A DNA stretch of 64,000 nt from Nostoc sp. (GCF_036917415.1 NZ_JBALDJ010000114.1:227209-291208); one strand, 5' to 3'. Shown: positions 1 to 10,661, counted from the first letter of the stretch. Made by a program: numbers and translations. The notes: generated by a model from the sequence alone, not told the origin.

Positions 1-21
1 TATACAAAGGATAACCCTCTT

Positions 22-735
22 ATGACTCGCCTACATCAATGGAAATCTGGTACTGCTGCACTTATGGCAATAGCAGTTACTACAAGCGTCATTAGCCCCC
101 TATTGAGCTTGGCTCCTGCTAATGCACAATATAGAATTAACCAAGACAGAACTAGTCAATACGGAAACGTTACCATTCCTTCTGGAGTTAACTTTCCTGT
201 TACCTACGAAAAAGAGACAATTACTATTGCTCCTGGGGAAAGTAAATCTCTAACTTTGAAAATAGCCAATGACATTATCGACAGAAATAGAAATGTCTTA
301 ATTCCTGCTGGTACTAAAGTAAATGGACGGCTAGAACCTGTTGACTTAGATGGTTATTCAAGAGATAGAGATGATAACCAAGGAAAAGGCGTGCGGTTTG
401 TAGCTCAAGAATTAGAATTTTCTAACGGTCAACGTCAGTCGATTAATGCAACTTCTCGGACATACACCACAACTCAAAGAGTCAAACAGGGGCCCAACAC
501 CAGTCAGGTTTTAACTGACGCAGCTATTGGTGGAGGTGCTGGTCTTTTAGGTTCACTAATTACTGGTAATCGCAGAATTGACGATTTAAAACCTGTTCTC
601 GGTGCGGCTGCGGGTGCGGGTGCGAGTGTCCTGTTGCGGAAAAAAGATGGAAATGCCTTTGTCCTCAGACCTGCACAGGATTTAAGGCTCACACTGAATT
701 CTAACTTGAATTTAGTACCACAATCCCGCTACTAG
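22..735 (+). CDS. Exported cyanobacterial protein homologous to the C-terminal domain of the SLH protein at 3426
   Basis: Signal peptide ending ANA-Q. VTIPSG...VLIPAGTKVNGRLEP aligns with VTIAQG...VVIPAGSQVIGQLKP of 3426..4667. Glycine-zipper-like AIGGGAGLLG segment. Confidence 0.75.
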   Translation: MTRLHQWKSGTAALMAIAVTTSVISPLLSLAPANAQYRINQDRTSQYGNVTIPSGVNFPVTYEKETITIAPGESKSLTLKIANDIIDRNRNVLIPAGTKVNGRLEPVDLDGYSRDRDDNQGKGVRFVAQELEFSNGQRQSINATSRTYTTTQRVKQGPNTSQVLTDAAIGGGAGLLGSLITGNRRIDDLKPVLGAAAGAGASVLLRKKDGNAFVLRPAQDLRLTLNSNLNLVPQSRY

Positions 736-777
736 ATTTAACTTCATTCAAGTTGTGAATTTAATCATCCCTTATAT

Positions 778-890
778 GCGATCGCCATTTTAACTAGAGT
801 GTGCGATCGCCTTTATTTTTAACTCTAAAAAATTCTCTTAAACAGCAACTATTCCACCTCTATATCGTCTTAATCTGTATCGATATTTAT
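778..890. repeat. Duplicated intergenic block, copy 1, starting with a HIP1-HIP1 hairpin (copy 2 at 3119..3232)
   Basis: GCGATCGCcattttaactagagtgtGCGATCGC...aacagcaactatt recurs with scattered substitutions at 3119. Confidence 0.85.
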
Positions 891-1004
891 TGTAATACTT
901 ATTTAAAAGTTGGCTTTATTGTATTCTGTATCCAAAAGAGTATTCAAAATTATGGAATATCCTGATACTTTTGTTAAGTAGTAGCGATAAAGGAGCCTTT
1001 TCTT

Positions 1005-3029
1005 GTGGTAATTCAAGGTTTCGGTTTAAGCACATATCTTGCAATTCCCTTGGTATTAAGTTTTTTGGCTCAGGGAGAAAGTATAAAAGTATCTTTAGTT
1101 GAAAACGCCCGTCAGATATCCACAAATAAGGAAATGAGTCTATCCAGCCACGACAACCTAATCAGCAAGAATTCAACACCGAAAACATACTATGTTAGTG
1201 GTAGTGGAAACGACAATAATAGCGGACTCTCTACTTCATCAGCTTTTAGGACAATTCAAAAGGCAGCAGACCTTACCAACCCTGGCGATACAGTATTGAT
1301 TATGAACGGAGTATACACAAATACAGGCAAAGCTGGGAGTGTAGTAAATATTAAACGTTCTGGAACTGCAAATGCATGGATTAGGTATAAAGCATATCCA
1401 GGGCATTTCCCAAAAATTCAGCACAATACATGGAATGGGATCGCGATTTCAAATGGAGCTTCATATATCGAGATCAACGGGCTAGAGGTTATGGGAAACA
1501 ATGCCAATATAACCCTTGATTATGCGATGAGTGAGAAGACTAACAAACTAAACCCACTGACGAATGGAAACTGTATCAACGTTGACGGACGAACCAATGG
1601 TCATGTTCATCATATCCGTATTTTGAACAACAAAGTGCATGACTGTGGAGGAGCAGGTATTTCAGCGATTCAATCGGACTATGTGACAATAGATAATAAT
1701 GTGGTATTTAATAATGCCTGGTATGGTGTTTATGGTTCTAGTGGTATTTCAATGTTGAATAATTGGAATTCTGACAACAACCAGGGATACAAGATGTTTG
1801 TTACCAACAACAAGACCTACAACAATCGCATGTACATCCCTTGGATTGCAGTTGGAAAGATTACAGACGGTAATGGCATTATTATCGATAGTACAAGAAA
1901 TGAAGACAACTCAAAATTGGGTGTATATAAAGGACGTACTTTAGTTAAAAACAATCTTGCATTTAATAATGGTGGTTCGGGGATTCATGCATTTTTTAGC
2001 GACCATGTTGATATTGTAAATAATACAGCTTTTTTAAATAATCAGAGTCCAGAACTTAATGGTGGGCAAATATTTGCTCATACATCATCTGATGTCAGAA
2101 TTCTCAGGAACATTCTCTATGCTTTTCCGGGAAAAAATATTAATAACAACACTAAAAACCAAAACGTTGTTTATGACTATAATATTTATCTCAATAGTTC
2201 TAAGATAAGTGTTAAGGGATCTCACGATATTGTTGCAGACTCACAGTTTTTAAGTAAGCATCCCACTCTCGAAAAAATATCTGACGATTGGAAATCACAG
2301 CCAGAGAAACAAAATCCGCCAACGCGGACTTCTATAGAGGCTAATTCGGCAGGTTTTGTTTGCGATCCAGTGAATTATCCTTTGCAAGGCAAACAGATCA
2401 CAGTGGGATGCTCCCCGCTATCTTCAACTCAAACCGCTTTTTCTGATGTTTCATCTAACTATTGGGCGGCACAATTTATTCAACAATTGTCTCAGCAAGG
2501 TGTAATTGCCGGATTTCCTGATGGTAGCTTCCGCCCTGAAGAACCTGTGACACGCGCTCAATTTGCTGCGATGATCGACAAAGCTTTCCAAAAAGCCCAG
2601 CAACGGCAGGCAATCAATTTTACTGATGTACCCAGCAACTATTGGGCATCCAGTGCGATTGGGCAAGCTTATACCATTGGTTTCTTATCTGGTTATCCTG
2701 GAAATCGCTTTGAGCCTAATCAGGCTATTCCCCGCGAGCAGGTTTTGGTTGCCCTCGCTAACGGTTTGAAATATAGTCCCAGTGGCAATACCGAAAGCAC
2801 TCTGAAATACTTCAACGATGCCTCTAACATCGCTAGCTATGCTCGTAGCCCGATCGCGGCAGCAACCCAAAAGCAAATTGTGGTCAACTATCCGAATGTG
2901 AAGTTACTCAATCCAACTGCAACCGCTACACGGGCACAAGTCGCAGCTTTTATCTACCAAGCATTGGTTAGTTCTAATCAAGCTTCAGCAATTAACTCAC
3001 CCTATGTTGTGTTAAGACTCAGCAATTAA
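1005..3029 (+). CDS. Right-handed parallel beta-helix (pectate-lyase-like) protein with three C-terminal SLH domains
   Basis: GTG start after AGGAG. YYVSGSGNDNNSG...FRTIQKAAD...PGDTVLIMNGVY motif followed by Asn-rich beta-helix repeats. C-terminal FSDVSSNYWAAQFI...GFPDGSFRPEEPVTRAQFA SLH repeats. Confidence 0.85.
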   Translation: MVIQGFGLSTYLAIPLVLSFLAQGESIKVSLVENARQISTNKEMSLSSHDNLISKNSTPKTYYVSGSGNDNNSGLSTSSAFRTIQKAADLTNPGDTVLIMNGVYTNTGKAGSVVNIKRSGTANAWIRYKAYPGHFPKIQHNTWNGIAISNGASYIEINGLEVMGNNANITLDYAMSEKTNKLNPLTNGNCINVDGRTNGHVHHIRILNNKVHDCGGAGISAIQSDYVTIDNNVVFNNAWYGVYGSSGISMLNNWNSDNNQGYKMFVTNNKTYNNRMYIPWIAVGKITDGNGIIIDSTRNEDNSKLGVYKGRTLVKNNLAFNNGGSGIHAFFSDHVDIVNNTAFLNNQSPELNGGQIFAHTSSDVRILRNILYAFPGKNINNNTKNQNVVYDYNIYLNSSKISVKGSHDIVADSQFLSKHPTLEKISDDWKSQPEKQNPPTRTSIEANSAGFVCDPVNYPLQGKQITVGCSPLSSTQTAFSDVSSNYWAAQFIQQLSQQGVIAGFPDGSFRPEEPVTRAQFAAMIDKAFQKAQQRQAINFTDVPSNYWASSAIGQAYTIGFLSGYPGNRFEPNQAIPREQVLVALANGLKYSPSGNTESTLKYFNDASNIASYARSPIAAATQKQIVVNYPNVKLLNPTATATRAQVAAFIYQALVSSNQASAINSPYVVLRLSN

Positions 3030-3118
3030 ATCACCGTATACAGTGGATGCCGATCTACTACTTCAAGACTTATATTAGTCACAATTAGAATCTGTTGATT
3101 TAGATAGTTATTTAATAG

Positions 3119-3232
3119 GCGATCGCCACTTTAAATAGAGTGTGCGATCGCCTTCATTTTTAACCATAAAATTTTCTATTTAACAGCAACTATTCTATTT
3201 CTGTATCGTCTCACTAAGTATCTATATTTTTG
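3119..3232. repeat. Duplicated intergenic block, copy 2
   Basis: GCGATCGCcactttaaatagagtgtGCGATCGC...aacagcaactatt. Confidence 0.85.
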
Positions 3233-3425
3233 AAAATTTGCTAACAGGTAATAGGGTGATTAGATTACTTCTATTAGCTAGTTCGTTTGGCAGAGATTTT
3301 TTAAATATGACTGTATGACTAAAGTAATGGTTTTTACAAAAAGCAAAAAAATTAGGAACCTTATATTTTAGTAAATGTCTAACTAATTAACAGTAAAAAA
3401 AATAATTGTACCGGAGTAAAAAATA

Positions 3426-4667
3426 ATGTTTAACTTAAATCGTTGGCAATCTAGAACAGCTGCACTCATGGCTTTGAGTGTCACAGTCGGTACTGTAGCT
3501 CCTTTCATTACAGCTTCACCATCTTTAGCTCAAACGACTTTTTCTGATGTTTCATCTAACTATTGGGCAGCACAATTTATTCAACAATTGTCACAGCGAG
3601 GTGTAATTGCCGGATTTCCTGATGGTAGCTTCCGCCCAGAAGAACCGGTGACACGCGCTCAATTTGCCGCGATGGTCAACAAAGCTTTCCAAAAAGCACA
3701 GCAACGGCAGCCAATCAGTTTTGCTGATGTACCCAGCAACTATTGGGCATCCAGTGCGATTGAGCAAGCTTATACCATTGGTTTCTTATCTGGTTATCCC
3801 GGTAATCGCTTTGAGCCTAACCAAGCTATTCCCCGCGAACAGGTTTTAGTTTCCCTCGCTAACGGTTTGGAATATAGTCCCAGTGGCAATACTGAAAGCA
3901 CTCTGCAATACTTCAACGATGCCTCTAACATCGCAAGCTATGCCCGTAGCCCGATCGCCGCAGCAACCCAAAAGCAAATTGTGGTCAACTATCCGAATGT
4001 GAACTTCCTGAATCCAACTGCAACCGCCACTCGCGCCCAGGTAGCAGCTTTTATCTACCAAGCATTGGTTAGTTCTAATCAAGCCTCAGCAATTAACTCA
4101 CCTTATGTTGTGGCTGTCGGATCTACCACCCCAACGCCTGCATCAGTGACAATTGCCCAAGGGACTACTATTCCTGTGAAGTATGAGAAAGCAGAAAAAA
4201 TTCTAGTTACAAAGGATGAAACATCGCCCTTGACATTGACAGTATCCCAAAACGTGGTGACGCAAGACGGATCTGTTGTGATTCCTGCTGGTAGTCAAGT
4301 TATTGGTCAACTCAAACCTGCTACGGGCGGTTCTCAATTCGTTGCCCAGAAACTGGTTTTGACTAGTGGTCAGGAGTATCAGCTTAATGCTAGTTCTGAA
4401 GTGATTACCAAAACTGAAACTGTCAAGAAGGGTACTAGTGTTGGTTCAATTATCAAGAATACTGTATTGGGCGCAGGTGCAGCAACTGCGGTATCTGCTG
4501 TCACAGGCGATCGCGCCATTGCCACAGAAGAAGTCTTGGGTGGTGCTGGTATCGGTGCATTGGTTGGTCTATTCTTCGGTAAAAATAGTGTTGATTTAAT
4601 CGCCATTGACCCAGATACCGATTTACAAATGACCATCAATCAAAACTTATTGGTTTCACTTAAGTAG
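3426..4667 (+). CDS. S-layer homology (SLH) domain protein
   Basis: Signal peptide, three SLH repeats (TRAQFA, PREQVL, TRAQVA), then the conserved cyanobacterial C-terminal domain. Confidence 0.9.
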   Translation: MFNLNRWQSRTAALMALSVTVGTVAPFITASPSLAQTTFSDVSSNYWAAQFIQQLSQRGVIAGFPDGSFRPEEPVTRAQFAAMVNKAFQKAQQRQPISFADVPSNYWASSAIEQAYTIGFLSGYPGNRFEPNQAIPREQVLVSLANGLEYSPSGNTESTLQYFNDASNIASYARSPIAAATQKQIVVNYPNVNFLNPTATATRAQVAAFIYQALVSSNQASAINSPYVVAVGSTTPTPASVTIAQGTTIPVKYEKAEKILVTKDETSPLTLTVSQNVVTQDGSVVIPAGSQVIGQLKPATGGSQFVAQKLVLTSGQEYQLNASSEVITKTETVKKGTSVGSIIKNTVLGAGAATAVSAVTGDRAIATEEVLGGAGIGALVGLFFGKNSVDLIAIDPDTDLQMTINQNLLVSLK

Positions 4668-5181
4668 TCATTAATACGTCTAAAGCCGAATTGTAAGAAT
4701 AGCGTAAATGCTGTATATTGTATGCAGCACTTACGCTACTTTTTTCATCAAAATCAAAATTTTTATAAATAAAATTGCTTAAACTAAATTTAAGTTAAGC
4801 AAGTTTTTTACGCCGTTTTTTATTTATTTATGAGAGTGATAATAGCGCTTTAGAGGTAAGACAAGACTAATTTTATAGGTTCTATTAAGAAAAAATAATT
4901 TCAATGATTGGTACTTTCAGTAGACTGAAAATTTTTGAAAGTTGAGGAAATAATAACGATTTCAGGCGACTTTATTGGAGCTTTTCATCACGACCATAGG
5001 TGTAGACGCTACATCGGCTTGTCGTAGACATCGCTCTATTCGTCCATCCAGAACAGAAGTAGTTGAAAGCTTGATGATAAGCTGATTTCAATAGATGGTG
5101 TTCCCAAGGAAAAATGAAGGGCTGATAAGGCTTGTGGAAAACTTTTCGATCTACTGACTTTGGCTCAAACGCTCAAATTAA

Positions 5182-5694
5182 TCAGCTGGTAAAGAAAGAA
5201 GAATAAATAATTCTCTTAAGAATAAGAAGATAAATATAAGAGAACCATATAGTGAACAAAAAAATAATGAACAAAAAAAGAATTTTTTTCATAACATTTC
5301 TGGGAGCAAGCAGTCAAAAAATGTAAAAACGTCTAAAATTGAAGAAATTCTTGAAAGAGTTGCTTCTATCTATCTAAAACTGACTATTAAGGAAAGTGAG
5401 AATTCCTATTATTATCGTGAAGGAGATAAGCAGCGAATTAATTTACTTCTTAAGGACATTGAGAAACTCAAGTATAATATCACTGATTTTCTCAATAGCT
5501 ATGACAGCGAAACTGTCCTTCTTAGATCATATCCTAGTGATAAGTTGCTTGAAGAAATACCAACACTGTCTAAATTGATAAATAATAGCCAAATAGATGT
5601 ATCTCTAGAGTTTGATAGGCTAACTTCTTCGCTGGTAGAAGTACAGTCAGGTAATAGGACAAAGCGCTTGGATGAAATGCTAGCTATAATGTGA
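5182..5694 (+). pseudogene. Start-less AT-rich open frame of about 170 codons, probable gene remnant
   Basis: Read by hand with no stop from 5182 to TGA at 5692 (…KIEEILERVASIYLKL…LDEMLAIM*). No ATG/GTG/TTG near the 5' end. Confidence 0.45.
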
Positions 5695-5796
5695 ATAAAT
5701 ATTTAGCTATTTGATTGTTAAAAATAATAATCTTAGGTTAGGATTTTGACCAGCGTTAAAGGTTAAAGAAAAACGGGATAACCTGTTCTGAATAGA

Positions 5797-7152
5797 CTAA
5801 CTTTTAATTTCAGGCAACCAAATGATAAATGTAGTTCCCGGCGCATCAGGTGAAGTTAGCTTAGAGTTGATTGCAGGGCTGAAAACCTCGATTTCGCCCT
5901 GCATTTGCTCTATTAATTGTTTAGCGATCGCTAACCCCAAACCTGTGCCGGGGATTTTTGTTTGCGCTTGTACACCCCGATAATGCCGTTCTCCAAGATG
6001 TTCTAAATCCTGGGGTGGAATGCCAGGCCCGTTATCACTAATGACTATTCCCTGAAAATTAGCTTTTTCTTGCCCAGCCTGAATCAAAATTTTGCCGCCA
6101 GTGGGAGTATATTTCAAAGCATTATCAATAATGTTAGTTAACACCTCTCGTAATGCTTTGACGTTGGCACGCACTAGAGATGAATTCTCTTGAATTTCAG
6201 TTATTAGTTTTAGCTTTCGCTCTTGGGCGATCGCTTTGGCTGATATTAATAATGGTTCTAATATATCTGCTAACGAGCAGTCAACTGCTTTATCTCCCGT
6301 CCCCGGTAATAATAGCGGCGGTTTAGCGTCTTTTTGGATACTTGCTTCTACAAATACTTCATCTTCCGGCAGATGTCGTGGTGCTAAATCTGCCTCTGTC
6401 AAGTCAATTACTTGCTCAAATTGTTGCAGTAATTCTTGAAGGCGATCGCTTTCTCTGACAATACTATTTGCCACATCCCGGTTAGCATCTCCTGGTCGTA
6501 GTCGCTTCAATAGCAGTTTGCCAAAAGTCCGCAACGCCGTTAATGGGTTACGAAACTGATGTAACAGATTATCCAGCAAATCCCGCTGTTTTTCTTGGAG
6601 AATTTGTTGCTCGCGCAACTGTTGCTCAAACCATGCTCGCCGTTGATCTAAAATACAGGCGATCGCTAATGTTTGGGCTATCCGTTGAATCTGACTTTGC
6701 TCGTGTTCATTCCATACCCGGTCTTTCCTACCTGTCACCAGTAACCCCATCATCACACCCTCATAAATCAGAGGTAAAACAATTTGGTTGCCACTAAGTA
6801 GGTATTCCTCTTTGAGATCGGGTTGAGACCCATCTGGTATCTCAGACTCCTGTGACGAAGTTGGAGATTCTGAACCTGCTGTCAATAACCTTCCCTGATG
6901 ATTGGGTAATATAAACGCATTTCCAATTTGAAGTTGCTTGTATGCCGTTGCTTCAATAGTTTCCTCTCCTGGCAGCAATAATGCTGTTTCCGGGTAAATC
7001 ACCACAGGAATCAGTTTGGCATCACCAGAAGGAGTATCTACCAATTCTTGTGTTAGGTACACAATACTTAAAGTTGCTCCTAGCCCTTGGGTTAGTAGCG
7101 CTATTTGCTCTCGACACAGAGCAAGAAAATCGGAACTGGCAGACATTAACAT
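5797..7152 (-). CDS. hik2: GAF-domain sensor histidine kinase, Hik2/CSK type
   Basis: N-terminal SDFLALCREQIALL GAF-like region, H-box HQFRNPLTAL, N-box NIIDNALKY, G-boxes DNGPGI and GTGLGL. Confidence 0.8.
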   Translation of the reverse strand: MLMSASSDFLALCREQIALLTQGLGATLSIVYLTQELVDTPSGDAKLIPVVIYPETALLLPGEETIEATAYKQLQIGNAFILPNHQGRLLTAGSESPTSSQESEIPDGSQPDLKEEYLLSGNQIVLPLIYEGVMMGLLVTGRKDRVWNEHEQSQIQRIAQTLAIACILDQRRAWFEQQLREQQILQEKQRDLLDNLLHQFRNPLTALRTFGKLLLKRLRPGDANRDVANSIVRESDRLQELLQQFEQVIDLTEADLAPRHLPEDEVFVEASIQKDAKPPLLLPGTGDKAVDCSLADILEPLLISAKAIAQERKLKLITEIQENSSLVRANVKALREVLTNIIDNALKYTPTGGKILIQAGQEKANFQGIVISDNGPGIPPQDLEHLGERHYRGVQAQTKIPGTGLGLAIAKQLIEQMQGEIEVFSPAINSKLTSPDAPGTTFIIWLPEIKS

Positions 7153-7438
7153 TTTTTAGCTCTTGCTCAAGATTATAGATTTTGAGGCATGATGTAAGAG
7201 AGGATACTTAATTTTTACCTCACTCATTTAATAAAGCTTAACTAAAATTTTCTTAGAGATGGTTTGTACTAGGGGATTATATTCTTAGGTAATTTTATTT
7301 TCTCTATGTTTTAAAGATATTAACTTTCTTATATTAAAAGGTTAAAAACTATTGATCTTCTGAACTAGAACCTATATAATGACGACGGATTTTGTAGCTA
7401 TCACTACAATCTATAGCTTGAAAGAGGAGGACAATAGA

Positions 7439-7756
7439 TTGGCAAGGAGACGCAAAAGGAAGAGTCGTCGTCGTCAAGAAGGACGGCGCATTTTGGAACA
7501 CGTGCCTCAATATAGCATCGAAAGTGGCGAAGAAAAGCCTGTGACAGCAGCGAGAAGATTCATTCAAGCTGAAGGGATTTTGCCACCCGCGTTGCTACTT
7601 GTAAAGCGAAATGAACACACTACAGATCGTTATTTCTGGGCAGAAAAGGGACTGTTTGGTGCTCAATACGTAGAGGAAAACCATTTCTTATTTCCTAGTT
7701 TGAGGGTGTTAGAACCTTCACCAGGTCAAGAACCTCTTGCTTTAGCTAGTCGGTGA
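7439..7756 (+). CDS. Conserved cyanobacterial protein (DUF3155-like)
   Basis: TTG start after GAGGAGG. ARRRKRKSRRRQEGRRIL...RYFWAEKGLFGAQY sequence. Confidence 0.8.
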   Translation: MARRRKRKSRRRQEGRRILEHVPQYSIESGEEKPVTAARRFIQAEGILPPALLLVKRNEHTTDRYFWAEKGLFGAQYVEENHFLFPSLRVLEPSPGQEPLALASR

Positions 7757-8205
7757 ACCATCGATGGTCATCTTGAGCATTGAATGTGGCTCCTGACTAC
7801 TATTAACTGGCAAAATTGCTAAGTTTATGCAAAATTTAATTTTTTTTTAGTTTGTAGCTGATTTGCCAGTAAATCTAGTCCAGGTAGTTGGAAAGTGAAC
7901 TTGTCTCAAACCACGCTAGATTGCATGGGTTGATACTACTTTGATAATGCAGAAGGGAGTGGGTATACCAAACGCGTCTAAATAGTGCTAGTGAAGTTGC
8001 GCTCTTATGCCGTAGATGGTTAAGTTAAGCTCTGTCAATGAATTTAAGTTAATGAATTTAAATTTTTCCCTACGAGTTTGGGTCGTGGGGAAAACTGGCA
8101 AAGCAGCAATCTTGATTTTCTCCTGACTACTTTCCATTGCCTAAAGAGTAGGTTAGGTCAGAAGTCTGCATATCATAGTTAAAAGATGGTCGCAAGAATC
8201 AACAA

Positions 8206-8736
8206 TTATTTCCCAGGCTTGAGCTGTAGAGTCCTCTGCAACTCACTGAGTTCATCTCGATGGGCGACTACAGTGATCTTACTTGAGGAGGTTGGTTTGC
8301 TCTGAGTTGTTTCTACTTTGAGCGACACCTTCTCAAGTCTTCCAGATTTTTTCCAATAAAATAGACCACTTAAAGGCGACAGCAGTACCATCGCCAGAAC
8401 AAGGGTACTGAGGCTAGGAAAAAGCAGGGATGCCACCAGAAATAGACAAACAATCCCAGTAGCTGCTAGTAAAGTCAGAAATATAGCTAAGAACCAGCTG
8501 GGGCGAACATTACCTTCAAAAGTTACCTGATTTTGTTCTCGGTCTACCGCTGCCACTCGGTAAGACCGCGATCGAAAATACTCTTTTAATTGAGACATTA
8601 AAACAGCTTCATCTTGCTCAGATACTAGTTGGGCCATTTCTGTACGGTCTTTAGTCGAGGCACGAATAAAGAAAAACAGCCCAACCGATAACAACAAGGT
8701 TAGCAGGAACGTAGATGGCAGAATAGCAGTATCCAT
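8206..8736 (-). CDS. Cofactor assembly of complex C subunit B (CCB1-like), cytochrome b6 heme ci assembly
   Basis: STFLLTLLLSVGLFFFIRASTKDRT N-terminus and three TM segments. Confidence 0.8.
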   Translation of the reverse strand: MDTAILPSTFLLTLLLSVGLFFFIRASTKDRTEMAQLVSEQDEAVLMSQLKEYFRSRSYRVAAVDREQNQVTFEGNVRPSWFLAIFLTLLAATGIVCLFLVASLLFPSLSTLVLAMVLLSPLSGLFYWKKSGRLEKVSLKVETTQSKPTSSSKITVVAHRDELSELQRTLQLKPGK

Positions 8737-8788
8737 AACTAATTGTTAGTGTTTGACTGGAGGAGACTTATTCATTATCAATTATTCG

Positions 8789-9136
8789 TTACTTTTTCCT
8801 CCCGTTGATGTAGTCTTGCCAAAGAAAAGCTAAATCCTGAGCTTGAACTTGCCATTCGGGAGAAACTTGGTACATCCGCCTGGGGCGTCCCCGTCCTTCG
8901 AGTTTCTTCCAATATCCAGTGATTGCACTTTGGTCTTCCAGAAATTTAATTGCACTGTAAAGTACGGTATCTGAAAGCCGATAGACGGGATACTCAGTTT
9001 CTAATTGCTCGATCAACTCGGTTCCGTAGGATTCACCTTGTAATAAAACAGACAGTATGTAACAAACTGCTAGTTCCTGACAAAGGTAAGTTGGCGGAGG
9101 ATTCTCAAAAAATTGATATATATCCTCAAGTTTCAT
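8789..9136 (-). CDS. pex: PadR-family regulator Pex (circadian period extender)
   Basis: PPPTYLCQELAVCYIL...SYGTELI...RLSDTVLYSAIKFLE...GRGRPRRMY winged helix. Confidence 0.85.
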   Translation of the reverse strand: MKLEDIYQFFENPPPTYLCQELAVCYILSVLLQGESYGTELIEQLETEYPVYRLSDTVLYSAIKFLEDQSAITGYWKKLEGRGRPRRMYQVSPEWQVQAQDLAFLWQDYINGRKK

Positions 9137-9765
9137 GGTTAGTGATGGCTAAAAAAATGCCTTAAGGTAAAGTCTACAATCCTTGTAGCCAGTATACAGT
9201 GCTACTACTACGTGAGTAATACATAATAAAGCTACTTAGACTAGATATCCATTGCGTAAACATCAAACAATTACCCACGTCTGTGAAGTTGTGGGGCGAG
9301 TTTGCGAGTTTTAGGGACACAAAATAATGTACCCCTACTCAAGCTCGATACGATGTGGTGAGGAGCGAACAGATAGTGACTTCCTCACTATCTTGGTGTT
9401 AACGGATGCCGAGCTGGTTAGAACTGCTTAAGCAATAAAATGCCATCGAAGAAATTTTACAGGTAAAATGCTATTTTGTCTGTAAAACTTAATAAACACT
9501 TTGTTTTACAGTGATTTTCCCAATGCAAATTCTAAAAGCTTAAGCTAAAGGATATATCTGGGATCAAGCTCTACGTCGGTATACACACTTAAGCAGTAAC
9601 CATTTCTGATTTCCTCGATCGCAGAATTTCTTGTCTTATTTGGCAAGTGTGATAGTAAATTTATCAAAGAAGGCGCTAAAAACCAGGGGAAAGAACTCTC
9701 CCGTGTCCCCTTGTCTCCTCGTCCTCGCCTCCCTTAATCAAGCACCCAGCACATTGGCGATCGCT

Positions 9766-10344
9766 ATGTCACAAACTCCCGATGCCCCATCATCTTCCTC
9801 AACTCTTAGGGCAATTGCCCAAACTTTTCGCCTTATAGGTTGGATTAGCTTCTGGATTCAGCTAGTACTAGGCGTTGTTTCTAGCATAATTGTGTTGCTG
9901 TTCGCCATCTTTAATCAAAGATCTGGCAGTCCTACTAATAATCCTGGGACTGGTTTTGGTGTATTTTTAGCAATTTGTGGACTGGTTGTTTTAGGTGGGG
10001 GCATTTATTTAGCTTACCGTTACACTAGGATTGGCAAGCAATTGGAATCCTCCAATCCCAGCAACCGCCCTCGGAAAAGTGAGACTGTGCAAGTATTACG
10101 CTTAGGGCTGTGGGTGAATTTAGGAGGAACGCTGGTGACGCTTTTGGGGGCGCAGGCGATCGTTGGAACACTGGTAGCACGATCCATATCTCCACAAGCG
10201 ATAACTACCCAATTTTTTGATCCTACCCGAATTATTAGCGGTCTAGATATGCTTGTAGTACAGGCAAACACCAACACTGTCTCAGCGCACTTTGCAGGGC
10301 TGGTGGCGTCACTTTGGTTGCTCAATCGGATTAACCGACCCTAA
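9766..10344 (+). CDS. DUF3611 / Tic21(PIC1)-like membrane protein
   Basis: GWISFWIQLVLGVVS and LDMLVVQANTNTVSAHF motifs. ATG at 9766 preferred over the track start at 9631. Confidence 0.75.
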   Translation: MSQTPDAPSSSSTLRAIAQTFRLIGWISFWIQLVLGVVSSIIVLLFAIFNQRSGSPTNNPGTGFGVFLAICGLVVLGGGIYLAYRYTRIGKQLESSNPSNRPRKSETVQVLRLGLWVNLGGTLVTLLGAQAIVGTLVARSISPQAITTQFFDPTRIISGLDMLVVQANTNTVSAHFAGLVASLWLLNRINRP

Positions 10345-10661
10345 TATTATGAGTGCTGAGTTTTCAAAAGTCTAAAGAAGTTAATCAGAATTTTTCCGAA
10401 ACGGACAAAACTGGGTGTGAAGACAACTACATAATCCTTGAAAAACATCTTATTAGTACAGCACTGCGTAATTCCAATCAATGGAACGCTTGCAGTATAG
10501 GAATTACAAATTACGTTGGCAAGTCAGGAAAGCGGCATGCTGCGCGTAACAAGATACCTGTAAAGGTACGAGCGTAATTAGGAATTTTGCCAAGCTGTAG
10601 TAGTAGGTGATGCCAAAACTAGCACAGGGATAATATGTACCTTTTTTAGAAGTCTGACACC

